A stretch of DNA of 62,000 nt, from assembly GCF_004010195.1 (NCBI RefSeq), contig NC_057753.1, positions 13,565,628-13,627,627 of the forward strand, given 5' to 3'. The DNA comes from Chiloscyllium plagiosum. Taxonomy: Eukaryota. The first letter of the stretch is position 1. Each line of letters starts with the position of its first letter. Shown piece by piece: positions 22,451 through 35,447 of this stretch. Both the position numbers and the translations under genes were made by a program. A model generated the notes under the pieces. The model was not told the origin of the DNA. It searched no databases and saw nothing but the letters and a program-made list of their open reading frames with translations.

Positions 22451-22684
22451 TGTGGTTGCTTTTTTTGCTCTCTGAGAGTAAACCAGAGATTTTAAAATGC
22501 TTTTGAGGTTCTGCTTTGTAACTTTCTACCTAATCTCCCATATTCACTCTGCAGATCCTTAACTCTTTCAATAGCTATGCCACTCTTACCAATGTGTGCA
22601 ACAACTTTGGGCCTCTCACTCTCCTCTCCTCTGACAATATGCTTCAATTATTTAATGACCCTCGCACCAGGACGTAATGTACAG

Positions 22685-24340
22685 TAGGAATGTAAGAACT
22701 AGGAGCAGGTGTAGGCCATCCAGCACTTCGAGCCTGCTCGGCCATTCAATAAGATCATGGCTGATTTTTACGTGAGCTTAGATCCACTAACCTGCGCTCT
22801 CACTGTATCCCTTCATTGCTTTATTGTTCAATAAAAATCTACCTTAGCTTAAAAAATGTTTACTGAAGTAGCTTCGACTACTTCACTGGGCAGGAAATTC
22901 CATGAATTAATGACTCTGGGTGAAGAAGTTCCTTCTTAATTCAGTCCTAAATCTGCTCCCTCTAATGTTGAGGCTCTGCTCTCTTGTCCTAGTTTCACCT
23001 GCCAGTGGAAACATCCTCTCTACTTTGATGTAATTTATTCCATCCATAATTTTATGTTTTGCCAAAATCCACACCCCCCCCCTCCCCATTCTTCTGAATT
23101 CCAATGAATATAATACCAGTCTACTCAGTCTGTCCCCATAAGTCAACCCCCTCAACTCCAGAATCAACCTAGTGAGCCTCCTCTGCACTCCCTCCAGTGC
23201 CAGTACATGCTTTCTCAAGTTAGGAGACTAAAACTGCACACAGTACTCCAGGTGTGGCCTTACCTTGCAACATAACCTCCCTGCTCTTAAACCCAATCCC
23301 TTTACCAATGAAAGACAACATTCCATTTGCCTTCCTAATTACTGTTGTACCTGCAGACCAACCTTCTGTGATTCATGCACAAGGACACCCAGGGTCCCTC
23401 TGCATAGCAGCACACTGCAACATTTTACCATTCAAGTAATATTCCTTTTTACTGTTACTCCTACCGAAATGTATGACTTTACATTTATTAACATTGTACT
23501 CCATCTGTCAGATCTTAGCCCACTCAATTAATGTATCTATGTTCCTCTGCAAAGTTTCACAGCCCTCTGCACACTTAGCTCTGCCACTCGTCTTAGTGTC
23601 ATCTGCAAACATTGATACCCTTCCTGTGGTCCCAAACTCCAACTCATCGATATAAATTGTAAGTAGTTGCAGTTCCAACATCGATCTGTGAGGCACACCA
23701 CTAGTCACTGATTGCCAGCCAGAATAGCACTCATTTATCCAAACTCTTTGCTTCGTGTTAGTCAACCAATCCACGATCCGTGCTAATACTTTGCCTGTAA
23801 TGCCATGCATCCTTATCTCAAGCAGCAGCCTCATGTGCGGCATCTTATCGAAGGCTTTTGGAAATCTAAGTACACCACATCCATTGGGTCTCCGTTGTCC
23901 ACCTTTATTGTAATGCCTTCAGAGACTTTCAAAAGATTTTTACAGGCATTAGTTATTTCTTTGTTTATTGCCTGCCCCAATGTGATGTTATTTGGTGGCC
24001 TATAGACTATGCTGACCAGTGACGTTTTCCTGTTAGAATTTTTAATTTCCACCCAAATAGATTCAGACTCATTCTGCATAGAACCTATATCATCTCTCAG
24101 CACCACCCTGATGTCGTCCTTGAATATCAGAGCTATACCACCTCCTTTACCTCCCTGTCTGCCCTTCCGAATAGTCTGGTACCCCTGGATATTTAACTCC
24201 CAGTTGTGACCATTCTGTAACCATGTCTCCGTATTGGTCTCCAAATCCTATTCATTTGCAATGATTTGTGTCGTTAACCCTTCAATCTTGTTACGAGTGC
24301 AGTGAGCATCCTGGTAAAGTGCCTTTATGCTCACATTCTT
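22685..24340 (-). mobile_element. CR1-type LINE with large internal deletion (endonuclease joined to RT)
   Basis: TETWLQ...ESIWVEI...VYRPPN fused to DVVYLDFQK; SGVPHRSML; FADDTK; 3' UTR at 22685-22780. Confidence 0.9.
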
Positions 24341-25768
24341 ACCCTCATGATTTCCAACATCTCAAATAATATCTCCTGAGTTATCCTTCCTTTTTTTGAT
24401 TCTTTCATAGTCAGATAGTTGGTTACCGTCATCAACGGTAAGAAACTCGTTCACAATTCCGCTGTGGTTATTCCTCCCTCAAACAGATATTCCATTTTGG
24501 GCACTGTTGAAGGGGATGATTTGTGCCATTAACTCAATCTTGTCACAGATGTTACAAGCATTCAGATGAAGTGCCTCTATGCTACCTTTCTTACCCTCGT
24601 GATTCAAGCTCATGGCTGCAAAATCTGTGCCCCCGACTGGACAGTCCCCTGTAACAATAATTCTTTTTATCTCTTGAAAAACCTTGCTGAACATAAGATT
24701 CATTCTTCGTGCCCAAGATCTGACTGCCCCTCCAATTGCCTTTTGAGAGCTGTCCCTTTCAACAGTATCTAAAATGGAATATCTGTTTGAAGGAGGACTA
24801 ACCACAGCAGACTTCTGAATTACTTTCTTACCTTTCATGACAGTCACTAACTATCTGACTGATCCAGCTATGTAACCACCTGTCTGAATCTACTGACTAT
24901 CACACTCTCCTGTATGCTCTGTGACATTAGGATTGAAAAGAAGAAACTCTTTAAAGAACCTTGTGTGTATATTTTTTTAAACAATCCCTTCCTTACCGAC
25001 CGAATTTAATCATGAGCATGTGAAAGAGAAAGCACGTTAAACATTTAAAGTTTTTAAAATAGTCAGGCACTTAGCTGAAACCCACATGAACCGGAAAAAA
25101 AAGCTTCCTCCTCAAGTCTGCTATCAGTCTGCTTTCAAATCTCTGGATCTGAGAGAAGAAATGCCATTCCCTGACCCCTGTCACTATTTAAACAGGCACA
25201 ACAAACAAGTTGAAAAGGAAAATTTTCAGACTTCCATCTGTGAAAACAGAGGGGGGAAAAAAAATCTATCTCCAGAGCTGTCAAACAGATGTGGACAGAC
25301 CTTTTCTACAATCTCAAGTCATTTTTATCGTCACATTGTTTTTTTTTTTGAACAAACAGAAAATAAAATCTCTCTCCAGAGCCATCGACACTCAACAACA
25401 CAGAACTACCTCTCCCCACACTCCACGTGGGGAAAAAAAAACTCCTCCGCATTATTTTCCTTCGCTTTTTATTTGAATTTGAAAGCTCAAAAACTAATTT
25501 CGAGCTTCGGCTGTTACAAAAACCGGATGAACTTCACAAGAAAAGCCTGCAGTTCAGGAGTAGCTGCAAGATCCACGTGACTTTCCTTCCACCCTTTTTG
25601 TTTTCTCTCTCTGTAATTTTGTGTAAGCACAGACTGCTTCCCTTCCCGGAAGGCATTTAGGAACCAGTTCAGTTTTCATGATAAACCACCGGTTTCTCCA
25701 AATGTTGGCTCCACAATTTAGCAAATTAATTTCTAAGTTTCACAACCTGTGTATGTTCTTCTGATTTT

Positions 25769-25791
25769 TCTCTCTCTCTCTCTCTCTCTCT
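25769..25791. repeat. (CT)n microsatellite upstream of the ZNF coding exon
   Basis: Perfect CT run, could act as polypyrimidine tract. Confidence 0.9.
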
Positions 25792-25991
25792 CCCCCTACT
25801 TTTATTTTCAACTAAAAGTTTAATTTGCAGTTAGAGATCTCGAATGAAGCCACATCCAGTTCTGACAGTCACTCTGTTTATCTCGATCTATTTACCTCAG
25901 GATTTTGAACATTGAAGGAAAAAGCACCATTTCCACCAGGGAGAAACACGTATCATCTGTGCGCGGAAAGGTCTTGGAAGGTTAATCTGAA

Positions 25992-26957
25992 ATGTCCGTA
26001 CGTCAGCGCAGTCACACTGGGGAGAGACTGTGTAAATGTGAGGATTGTGGGAAGGGATTTATTTACCCATCCCAGCTGAAAATTCACCAACGCAGTCACA
26101 CTGGGGAGAAGCCATTCACCTGCTCTGATTGTGGGATGGGATTTGCTCTGTCATCCAACCTGCTCAAACACCGGCGGGTTCACACTGGAGAGAGGCCTTT
26201 CACCTGCTCTGTGTGTGGGATGGGATTCACTCAGACAACTCACCTGCTGAAACACCAGCTAGTTCACACTGGAGAGAGACCGTTCACTTGCTCCACGTGT
26301 GGAAAAGGATTCACTTTGTCGTCCAGCCTACTAATACATCAGCGAATTCACAATGGGGAGAGGCCATTCACTTGCTCCACGTGTGGTAAAGGATTCACTT
26401 TGTCATCGAGCTTGCTGAGACACCAGCGCGTTCACACTGGAGAGAAACCATTCACTTGCTCTGTGTGTGGGAAAGGATTCACTCAGTCATCCTACCTGTT
26501 GGAACACCAGCGGGTTCACACGACAGAGAGACCTTTCACCTGTTCTGAATGCGGGAAAGGATTCACTCGCTCGTCTAAACTACTGGTACACCAGCGAGTT
26601 CACACCGGAGAGAAACCGTTCACCTGTTCGGAATGTGGGAGGGGATTTACTCACTCCTCAAACCTGCTGAGACACCAGCGAGTTCACACTGGGGAGAGGC
26701 CATTCGCCTGTTCGGAGTGTGGGAAAGCATTCACTCAGACAATTCACCTCCTGATACACCAGCGTATTCACACTGGGGAGAAACCGTTTACCTGTTCTGT
26801 GTGTGGAAAAGGCTTTGCTGACTCGACCTCCCTGCTGATACACCAGCGAGTTCACACTGGGGAGAGGCCATTCGTTTGCTCCTTGTGCGGGAGGCGATTC
26901 ACTCGGTCATCCAAACTGTTAACGCACCAGCAAATCCACAAAAAAACCCACAGTTGA
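25992..26957 (+). CDS. C2H2 zinc-finger protein, 11 tandem fingers, no effector domain seen
   Basis: Intact ORF of CxxC-x12-HxxxH units with TGE(K/R)PF linkers; in-frame TAA 9 nt upstream of the ATG; AATAAA at about 27058. Confidence 0.9.
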   Translation: MSVRQRSHTGERLCKCEDCGKGFIYPSQLKIHQRSHTGEKPFTCSDCGMGFALSSNLLKHRRVHTGERPFTCSVCGMGFTQTTHLLKHQLVHTGERPFTCSTCGKGFTLSSSLLIHQRIHNGERPFTCSTCGKGFTLSSSLLRHQRVHTGEKPFTCSVCGKGFTQSSYLLEHQRVHTTERPFTCSECGKGFTRSSKLLVHQRVHTGEKPFTCSECGRGFTHSSNLLRHQRVHTGERPFACSECGKAFTQTIHLLIHQRIHTGEKPFTCSVCGKGFADSTSLLIHQRVHTGERPFVCSLCGRRFTRSSKLLTHQQIHKKTHS

Positions 26958-27253
26958 AGGATTTTGCTCGAACTCAAAGTAAGGAATGAACTGTGGTCTT
27001 TGGGCTATTTCTACTGCTGTTATTAACCCCTGCTCAATTAAAGCTGCTGAATTTGTAAATAAAATGTTCAAAGCAGTTGTGTCCCTGTAGGGTAGGTCTG
27101 GGTAATGTTTGTTAACACACTTGCACTGAGTACAGAGTGTCCATATACACGGCATATGAAAAGCGATTTCCTGGTTCATCAGAACTGCTTAACCAATGGG
27201 TTCCCAAGTAACTGGAGGAATTGATTCATGATGCTACTATGGCTCAGTGGTTG

Positions 27254-27590
27254 GGGTGGCACGGTGGCTCAGTAGTTCGCACTGCTGTCTCAAAGCCCCG
27301 GGGACCTGGGTTCAATTCCAGCCACGGGCATCTGCCTGTGTGGAGTTTCCACATTCTCCCAGTATCTGTGTGGGTTTCCCCGGGTGCTCCGGTTTCCTCC
27401 CACAATCCAAAGATATGCTGGGTTAGGTGAATTGGCCATGCTAAATAGCTCATAGTGTTCAGTGGTGTGTAGGCTAGGTGCATTAGTCAGTGGTAAATAT
27501 AGTGATTTCAGTGGGTTACTCTTCAGAGGGTCAGTGTGGACTTGTTGGGCCAAAGGGCCTGTTTCCACACTGTAGGTATTTTAATTCTAA
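27254..27590 (+). mobile_element. HE1-like SINE, older subfamily
   Basis: SINE head, core and tail. Confidence 0.9.
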
Positions 27591-27894
27591 AATCCATACC
27601 ATGTTCTCTGGGCCTGTTTCTGATGTTTGTAAACAGCACATGTCCTTTTATATATTTGCAAGAAAAGTGATACAGATCAGTTTTTTTTTCGTTAAGCTAG
27701 TGTACATCAACTCTTTATCTTATTGCTAAAACAGTCTCAAATATTTTGATAGGCTGTCCATCTCCCCTGTTTCCTCCATCCTTACCTCCAACAAGTGTGG
27801 GGAATCTCATGGAGTTTGTTTTTTGTCACTCAGAATGGGATAATCAGTATGCTTCCCGTGAGCACAAAGAAATGTGGAAGCTGGAATTCAAAAC

Positions 27895-28035
27895 AAAAAA
27901 ACAGAAATTACTGGAAAAGCTCAGCAGGTTCCTCAGAGGAAAGGTTTTTGTTTTTTGGACCTGAAATGTTAACTCTGATTTCTCTTCACAGATGCTGCCA
28001 GAACTGTTGAGCTTTTCTGGCAATTTCTGTTTTAT
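27895..28035. mobile_element. Fold-back PLE pLTR remnant
   Basis: ACAGAAATTACTGGAAAAGCTCAGCAG and CTGTTGAGCTTTTCTGGCAATTTCTGT are inverted; decayed GACCTGAAATGTTAAC hammerhead half between them. Confidence 0.65.
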
Positions 28036-28169
28036 TCCTCCCTGTTTCTGCCCTGGGGTGAACTTCATCATTCACAGTGAATGGTGCAGTATCACTGGGC
28101 ACAGGGGCTGGTGGCCATCCAGTCCATTGGAACTGTAGTGTATCACTCAAGGTTTACTGTGGATCTACC

Positions 28170-28430
28170 CCAACTCCCTGACCCGCAGTCCCCCAAATCT
28201 GTGTTCCTTTCTTTGTCTTTCCTCTGGCTCTGTCTCCATTCATCAGCCTCCCTTCCCCCACATTAATCAGCATACATATTACCATTTCCTAGCTACCTTC
28301 CATTCTGACAAAGGGTCACTGGACCTGAAACCTTATCTCTGTTTTTGTGTCACAGATGCAGCCAGACTTGCAAAGTTCCTCCAGTGATGTATTTTTTTTC
28401 AGAACTTCAGCCTCTGCAGGTTTTTTTTTG
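28170..28430 (+). mobile_element. PLE 3' pLTR remnant with decayed hammerhead
   Basis: Pyrimidine-rich leader, CTGACAAAGGGTCACTGGACCTGAAACCTT at 28305-28333, then CAGATGCAGCCAGAC. Confidence 0.65.
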
Positions 28431-29329
28431 TGTGTGGATAATGTGGCCTCTAAACGTTTGCCTATTAAGTGACATTCCAAACCGGTATTCCGAATGCCAG
28501 TTAAATCTGCTTGCACTTATCATTCAGTCTTTTCCAGCTTCCCTGAAGTTGCTGAGTAAAATTAGCTCCATATCTTTATATTACATTATATGCTAATTAT
28601 CTGAAAGCTGAATTTTGTGGTTACCAAACATTCTACCAGTGTAAATAATTTCTCCATCTCTGCACGTGACATCTTCTAGGAATAAACTATAATGATGAAA
28701 TCATTGCTTAACTTTCCCATATCCAAAGAAAATTATCCAAGCTTGTACAAGCACACCGTGTATCCGAAAACCATCATTTTTCTTCATCGTGTGATCTGAT
28801 CTTCATTGCATAGATCTGTATTTATTGCTTGCCTTTTCTCCCATGAAGGGGTGATGGTTAGCTGCTGCTTGAAATGTTGCAGTACCTGTTGTGTAGATAT
28901 GCCCATAGTGCGGTCAGGAAGGGTGTTTTGGAATTTTTCCCCATGGCAGGGAGTTAATTGCAATATATAATGACAATGGCCTTGTGTTATTGCTAGATTA
29001 TTAATCCAGAAATTTAGATTGAAGCAATTGTAACAGTGAAGATACTTGAAAGTTACAGCAAATTGAAATCCATCATGCTTACATAATAAAAAATTTTAGT
29101 GAACTTCCCAAAGGTAAGATGCCTTCTGTATAATGGAAGAAGTTGACTGGGGAGACGAATCTCTATTTTAATCTGAAGTTTATTTTGGTTTAGTTAAGAA
29201 ATAAACAAATGGTGGTGTACTATACAGTGCAGCTCCAGTTCCATGAGGTAAAACCATGACACTTCTTGTGTCCAGACAACCATAACAACAGGAAGGTGAG
29301 TCTAGAACTGTCGGGAATACTAGTTTGAC

Positions 29330-30230
29330 CGCACCTAAAGCGCTGAACTAGTTATGGTCCCCACATTCCAGGATCGATTGTGATTACATTAGAGAGAACA
29401 CAACGGAGATTGATTAGGATGTTTCCAGGATTGGAGAATTGTAGCTGTGAGAAAGATCTGATAGGCTGGAGTTGTTTTCTGTCAAACAGAGGAGACTGTG
29501 GTGAGATTAATTAATGTGATTAAAATTATGAGTCTCGATAGAGTGGATAAGAAGGAGCTAATCTTTAATAGATCAGTACTGGAGATATCGGATTGAAAGT
29601 AATTCACAGAGCGGGAGGGGAGGATTGATTTCACCCAGAGATGGTGGAGAAGTCGGAGGTTGAGGGGTCACCTTTATAGAGGTTTACAAAATCGTGAGGG
29701 GCATGGATAGGGTAAATAGGTGAAGTCTTTTTCCACGGGTCAAGGATTACAGAACTAGAGGGCATAAGTTTAGGATAAGGGGGTAAGATATAAAAGAGAC
29801 CTAAGGGGCAACTTTTTCTCACACAGGGTGGTACGTGTGTGGAATGAGCTGCCAGAGGAAGTGGTGGAGGCTGGTACAATTGCAGCATTTAAAAAGCATT
29901 TGGATGGGCATATGAATAGGAAGGGTTTGGAGGGATATGGGCCGAGTGCTGGCAGGTGGGACTAGATTGGGTTGCAATAGCTGGTCAGCATGGACGAGTT
30001 GGGCCGAAGGGTCTCTTTCCATGCTGTACGTCTCTAACTCTAAAACTGGAACGCTGACTGTGAGGGTGTTAGAGTCAGCAACCCTCCTCACAATGATGAA
30101 AAAGACATAAGTAGACATGAAATCTCAGACCTTAGAGGTCTGCGGACTGCAGAATGGGATTAGCCGGGATAATTCTATTTCAGCCAACAAAAGCACGATG
30201 GGCCAAATGGTCTCAAATTTTTGTTGTAAG
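29330..30230 (+). mobile_element. Old CR1 3' fragment with a younger CR1/HER1 3' end (29665-30045) nested in it
   Basis: Two RT C-terminal/3' UTR sequences of different divergence. Confidence 0.8.
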
Positions 30231-31222
30231 TTTGATTTTTTTTTAAAAATTCTGATCACTGGAGTTTGTTTCTGATGATGTTAATGCCACAAATTGGACT
30301 GGGAGTTTAATATTTTGCCTTATCACCATGTCATCCCTGACTTTCCGCTTATTACCTGTGCTTGGGTTCAGGTTTATTTAGAATAGGGAAACGGGAATAA
30401 GTCATTGTGCCACTCAGAACTGTCATTGATAGAGGGTCATGTCCGACCTGTAACCAAACCCAATGTGCACAGATTTTTAAAAAAATATACTACCTTCACC
30501 AGTCTATTAAAATCTGAGTTAATTCATTCAGTTTACACCTTCAGTTAGGAAAGTGACCGAAGGTACTTTTCAGAGAATGCTGAGTCAAAGGAGATATTGG
30601 GAGGGTGTACTGAAGTCCAGTTAATGACATAGGCTTTTAGGAGGATTTGAAAAGCGGAATGGTGGGGAATTAGCAGGGAAGGAAATTCCTCCTCATGTTT
30701 TTTTTTCATTTATTTGTCATGACAGTATCAAATAAATATCATTGTTTTTAAAGGCATGTGTAAGATGAAATATTCTGGTTGCAAAACACACTTTATTGTG
30801 TTAAAATGCAAACAATTGAAAGAAGAAATGGTATAACTTTAACTCGTGGAAAGCTTAACACGCAAATGCATTACTTAATTGCGAAGCAACAGCTGTTTAA
30901 ATGCACAAGATCCCGTGAATTCCTCATTGGCGAAGGCAAATTCAGTAAATAGATTATTCTCAAATGTGTTGTTTCTCCTGTCCACAAGATGACAACACCC
31001 AAGAGAACTCCCTGGTAGAGAGAGAGGGAGGTATGGCACAACCAAGTACAAAATCTCAACAACAACAAAGGTAAACTAAGAGCCTGGTTTCTGTGGAAGA
31101 CTGCCTCTTCTCTCTTTCCCCCCCCCCCCCTACAATTCCTGCCGTTTACTTTGTTCCAACTTCTAAAATAAACACCAAGGTCTCTCAAGCTATTTACTTC
31201 ATTCATTTTAAAGAGAGAGCTT

Positions 31223-31525
31223 TTAGATTAGATTACTTAGTGTGGAAACAGGCCCTTTGGCCCACACCGCCCCGCCGCAGCGCAACCCACCCAGACCCCT
31301 ACATTTACACCTTACCTAACACTACGGGCAATTCAGCATGGCCAATTCACCTGACCCTGCACATCTTTGTGACTGTGGGAGGAATCCGGAGCACCCGGAG
31401 GAAACCCACGCAGACACTGGGAGAATGTGCAAACTCCACACGGTCAGTCGCCTGAAGCGGGAATTGAACCCGGGTCTCTGGCGGTGTGAGGCAGCAGTGC
31501 TAACCACTGTGCCACCGTGCCGCCC
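31223..31525 (-). mobile_element. HE1-like SINE
   Basis: Full SINE on the minus strand with (TTAGA)n. Confidence 0.95.
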
Positions 31526-33919
31526 ACAAAAAAATGTCCAGAATTTTCCTCTTGAATTGTCACATCTTTGCCTTTCAACAGAAATGAGCCATAAATATTC
31601 AAAGTTTGCCTTCATTTTTGAAACCCTTTACTCTTATGCTGTTCATCCACTACAATACATGTACATTACATTGCATTGAATGTTTGCATGCTTAAATTCG
31701 ACAACTCATTTCAATCCGTTTCTTCCACACCGAAAGCCTTTACTATATACAGAGCATGAGTATGGTTTCTATTCACCCTGGGAGCTGTTTTCTTTTTTTT
31801 TCCATGGTCAAAATCCAATGATACTCTGGTAGCAATAAGTTAGGCAATTCCATAAGCTATTTGGTTGAAGTTTTCCAACTGAATCCTCGCCTTCCAATAT
31901 GGTGTGAAATTGATTTTAGGTAAAAGAATGAGTGCGAGCCCACAAAAATACAATAGAAGAATGTGAAACTGAAAATAGTCATTTGTTGGGCTGACATTAG
32001 GAAAATATGACCATGATCGCAACTGGTTACAATCACAGATTCCTGACAGTGCAGAAAGAGGCCATTCGGCCCATCGTACCTGCACTGACTGTGCAAAACA
32101 TTCCACCCAGTCCCACTCGTCCACATTAAGCCCATAATCCTGTGTTTACCATGGCTAAACCCCAACCCACCGAACCTGCACACAGTGGGACAATCCATCT
32201 AATCCACATATCTTCATCAGGGCTTATGCCTGAAACATCGATTCTCCTGCCCATATCATGTACTGTGGGAGGATCACAGTTAGATCCAGAGCACAGCTCG
32301 AAAAGCTCAAAATTTTTTGGGTGAAGGCTCAAAATGCTCACCTCTGAAATGAATGCACTTTCTCGAGCTAAAATCTGGGGGACCCTGCACCTACAGATCC
32401 TCTCTGGAGGAAGAGAATTTGAAACTCGTGCCACTGACCCAGGGGACACGGTGACATCAGAGGCCTGGGAAACATCAGAAATGTAACAGATTTTGAGCAA
32501 GGAGAGGGGGGCTGAGACAAGGACAAAAAGATGGTCTGTCAAGGGGGAAGGCACAAGGGATTAAATGGCAGAAACATTAGTCATTTGAGGTCACAGGGAA
32601 TGGAAATTGGGGCTGGAGAAGAAAAAGAAACAAAATGTGCCAGCAGCTGACAAAGAAACAAATTGAAACAAGAATTGAAACAAAAATAGGGGCAGAATTC
32701 ACAATCTAAGTTGTTTGTCCAGTGGTAAGTCCAGAAAGCTGTCAAGCCTGTGTCGTTCTATTTCAGCCAACACAAACCTGATGGGCCAAATGGCCTCGAT
32801 CTGTGTTGTAACTTCCAGATGTTTTTATTCTGGCTCTTGGAGTTTGTTTCTGATGTTAACTTCACAAGTTCGACTGGAGTTTGATATTCTGGAGAAATGT
32901 CAAATAAATCCAATTTGCTTCAAACCAGTTGCTGTAGATGGTTGTATTTCTCGCCTGAATGTTTAATATCCACCAGGAACTCAGAAAGGACAAGTCTCAG
33001 GGGAGCATACTGCAGCAACAGCACTTGAGTCTGGGCACAGCCTTCAGGATCCACATTGAGGGGAACAAATGCAACTTTGGTCTTTCTCATCCCTCTTCGC
33101 TGATAGCAAAGCCCCGGTGTGATTTAATCGTGCAGTGTGTCGGAAATGTACGCCTGCAATGGTCTTCCCGGGCTCAGAACTTCTGGACCCAGAACTCTTG
33201 TTTATAACTGTGTTCAGAGTCGAAGGAAGAGCTATGGTGAATGCTGGGAATATGCTTCAAACCAAAGATTAGTGTAAAACTGCAATCTGTTCCTGATTGG
33301 AAGTGTATCTGCGGATTTAAGTTTTCCCTAAGTTGGTAAAGATAAAACCATGTTTGAGTAATCTACCATACAGAGATCAAATCAAATGAGCAGTGGAAGC
33401 AGGGATATGAGAAGCCTTTGTCTACTTCTGCTGAAACTATACAGGATGTACCAGGTAGAAGTAAGAGAAAGTTCTGGGTTATAGATAAAAATTCACCAAG
33501 AGTGAAGACATGGAAGCATTTGACAAAATGTTAATTTTCATTTTCAATAACCACCGGTAACATCCATTGGTCAGGAAGGGTGTAATAGGGGTTGATGGAA
33601 GAATGTTGTTTCCTGAAGGAGTCTCATCTGAGACGTTATCACTTTCTAATGATTTATAACCTGCTGTGAATATCCCTAGGACGTGTCTTTATTCCTACAT
33701 TGCCATCATTTCCCAACTTGCCCACCTTCCATTCACTTGTCCTATCAGGAGGTTACTGTCAGAAACTAAACGTTTGCTTTGTGGACAGTTTCATTGGACA
33801 ATGTTTGCTTGTTATTTCAAAAACCTTGCCTAAGACTTGACACCCTCCAACACAAAGCAGCCATCTTAATCCGTATCCCAACTACCTCCTTGTACTTAGA
33901 CTCCTTTTACCACTAATGC

Positions 33920-34245
33920 ACAGTGGCAGCAGTGCGTACCATCTACAAGATACACTACCGTGATTCAGCAAGGCTCCTCCAACAGCACCTTCCAAAAATG
34001 CAACATTTGCAATCCAAAAGCAAAATAGCAACAGGTACATAGGAATGCTAGATCCCTTCCAGGCGACACACCACCCCAGCTCAGAAATATATTCTGTTCC
34101 TCCAGTGACGCTTGGTCAAAATCCTGGAATTCTCTACCTATTGACACTGGATCTACCAACAACACATGGACTGCAGTCATTCAAATAGGCAACTCACCAT
34201 TACTTCTTCCAGGACAGTTAGATGGGCAATAAATGTTGGTTTCAC
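33920..34245 (+). mobile_element. Old CR1/L2-group LINE 3' end
   Basis: Decayed QHLPK...SKSWNSLP...FK..THH ending GGGCAATAAATG. Confidence 0.7.
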
Positions 34246-35173
34246 CAGCGATGCTAATGACTCAAAGAAAAAAAAATCTAGTTACAGTGTTTCAATTAAT
34301 ACCTGCTGATTGGCAAAAAAGAAAATTGAATAGGACATTTACTTACTTCAGGGGTATAGTTTTTTTTTCTCTCTCTCTCTCTAACCCACCTCTTAATTGC
34401 ACTTTGCTATTTTTCAGTTCTGTTGTAACCACTGCTGCTTCACCTCGACTCAATATTTCCTTCTCCTAAAAGAATGCCGTGAGTTATAAATTACTTATCC
34501 ACAGACACATGATCTTCAAGCAACAGATCAACCATGGACGTAAAATGTTCTCCATTCTGTTTATTCAGCTATATCTAACCTCTAGACAGCCCAATTTTAA
34601 TTCAGCCCAATTCAAAAAGTTTAAACCCTTCTGAATTAAACTCGTTGCCTTCCTGACCATTTCCCATGGATTGATTTCTCTCCCGTTTGATTAAAGTCAA
34701 TTTCTCTCGGGAGAATGCCGTCACCGTCTTGAAGGTGTCACAATACTATCTCATTACCACCGGCCACATTAACCATTTCATTTCTGGCTATTTCTCGAGG
34801 AGCTGCCACGTGCTTGGGACCCGCTCGTTAGTAGTGCAGGTTCACCGTGAACTTGCACTTTATTTCTTTCAAGTATAACGCACTTCATCTGCACATCCAT
34901 TGCTAGCCCAATATTATGATGCCCAACATTGACTTCCAGGTGCATTTATTAAAAGTGATGTCTGTCCCAGCATCTCCTCGAGTGATCCTGATATTTCAGG
35001 TTGTGATCTGACTATCAAATGTGGTTTCCTAAAACAAAAAAAAAATGGGCCAACAATCCAAATATTCCCAAGGAAAGAGATCAACATATTCAAATCATCT
35101 CAACTTTTCAGACTTTAACAACATGGATGGATTTTAGATTGGAAGGTTCTTCTGAACTACGTCCAATATGAAT

Positions 35174-35447
35174 TACTTCCATTCGTTTATCACCCTGAAC
35201 AACAATTTCGTACCTTTTTTTTTAAAACATTGGAGGGTCCTTGATAGATACAAACTTGGTGTGTTATTGGGATACAACAGGAACTGACACCTGTTCTAAA
35301 CAGAACCAGCATACTTCCATTCGTTTATCACCCTGAACAACAATTTCGTACCTTTTTTTTAAACACTGGAGGGTCCTTGATAGATACAAACTTGGTGTGT
35401 TATTGGGATACAACAGGAACTGACACCTGTTCTAAACAGAACCAGCA
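35174..35447. repeat. Near-perfect tandem duplication of about 138 bp
   Basis: 35174-35311 is repeated at 35312-35447, differing mainly in homopolymer lengths and one substitution. Confidence 0.95.
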
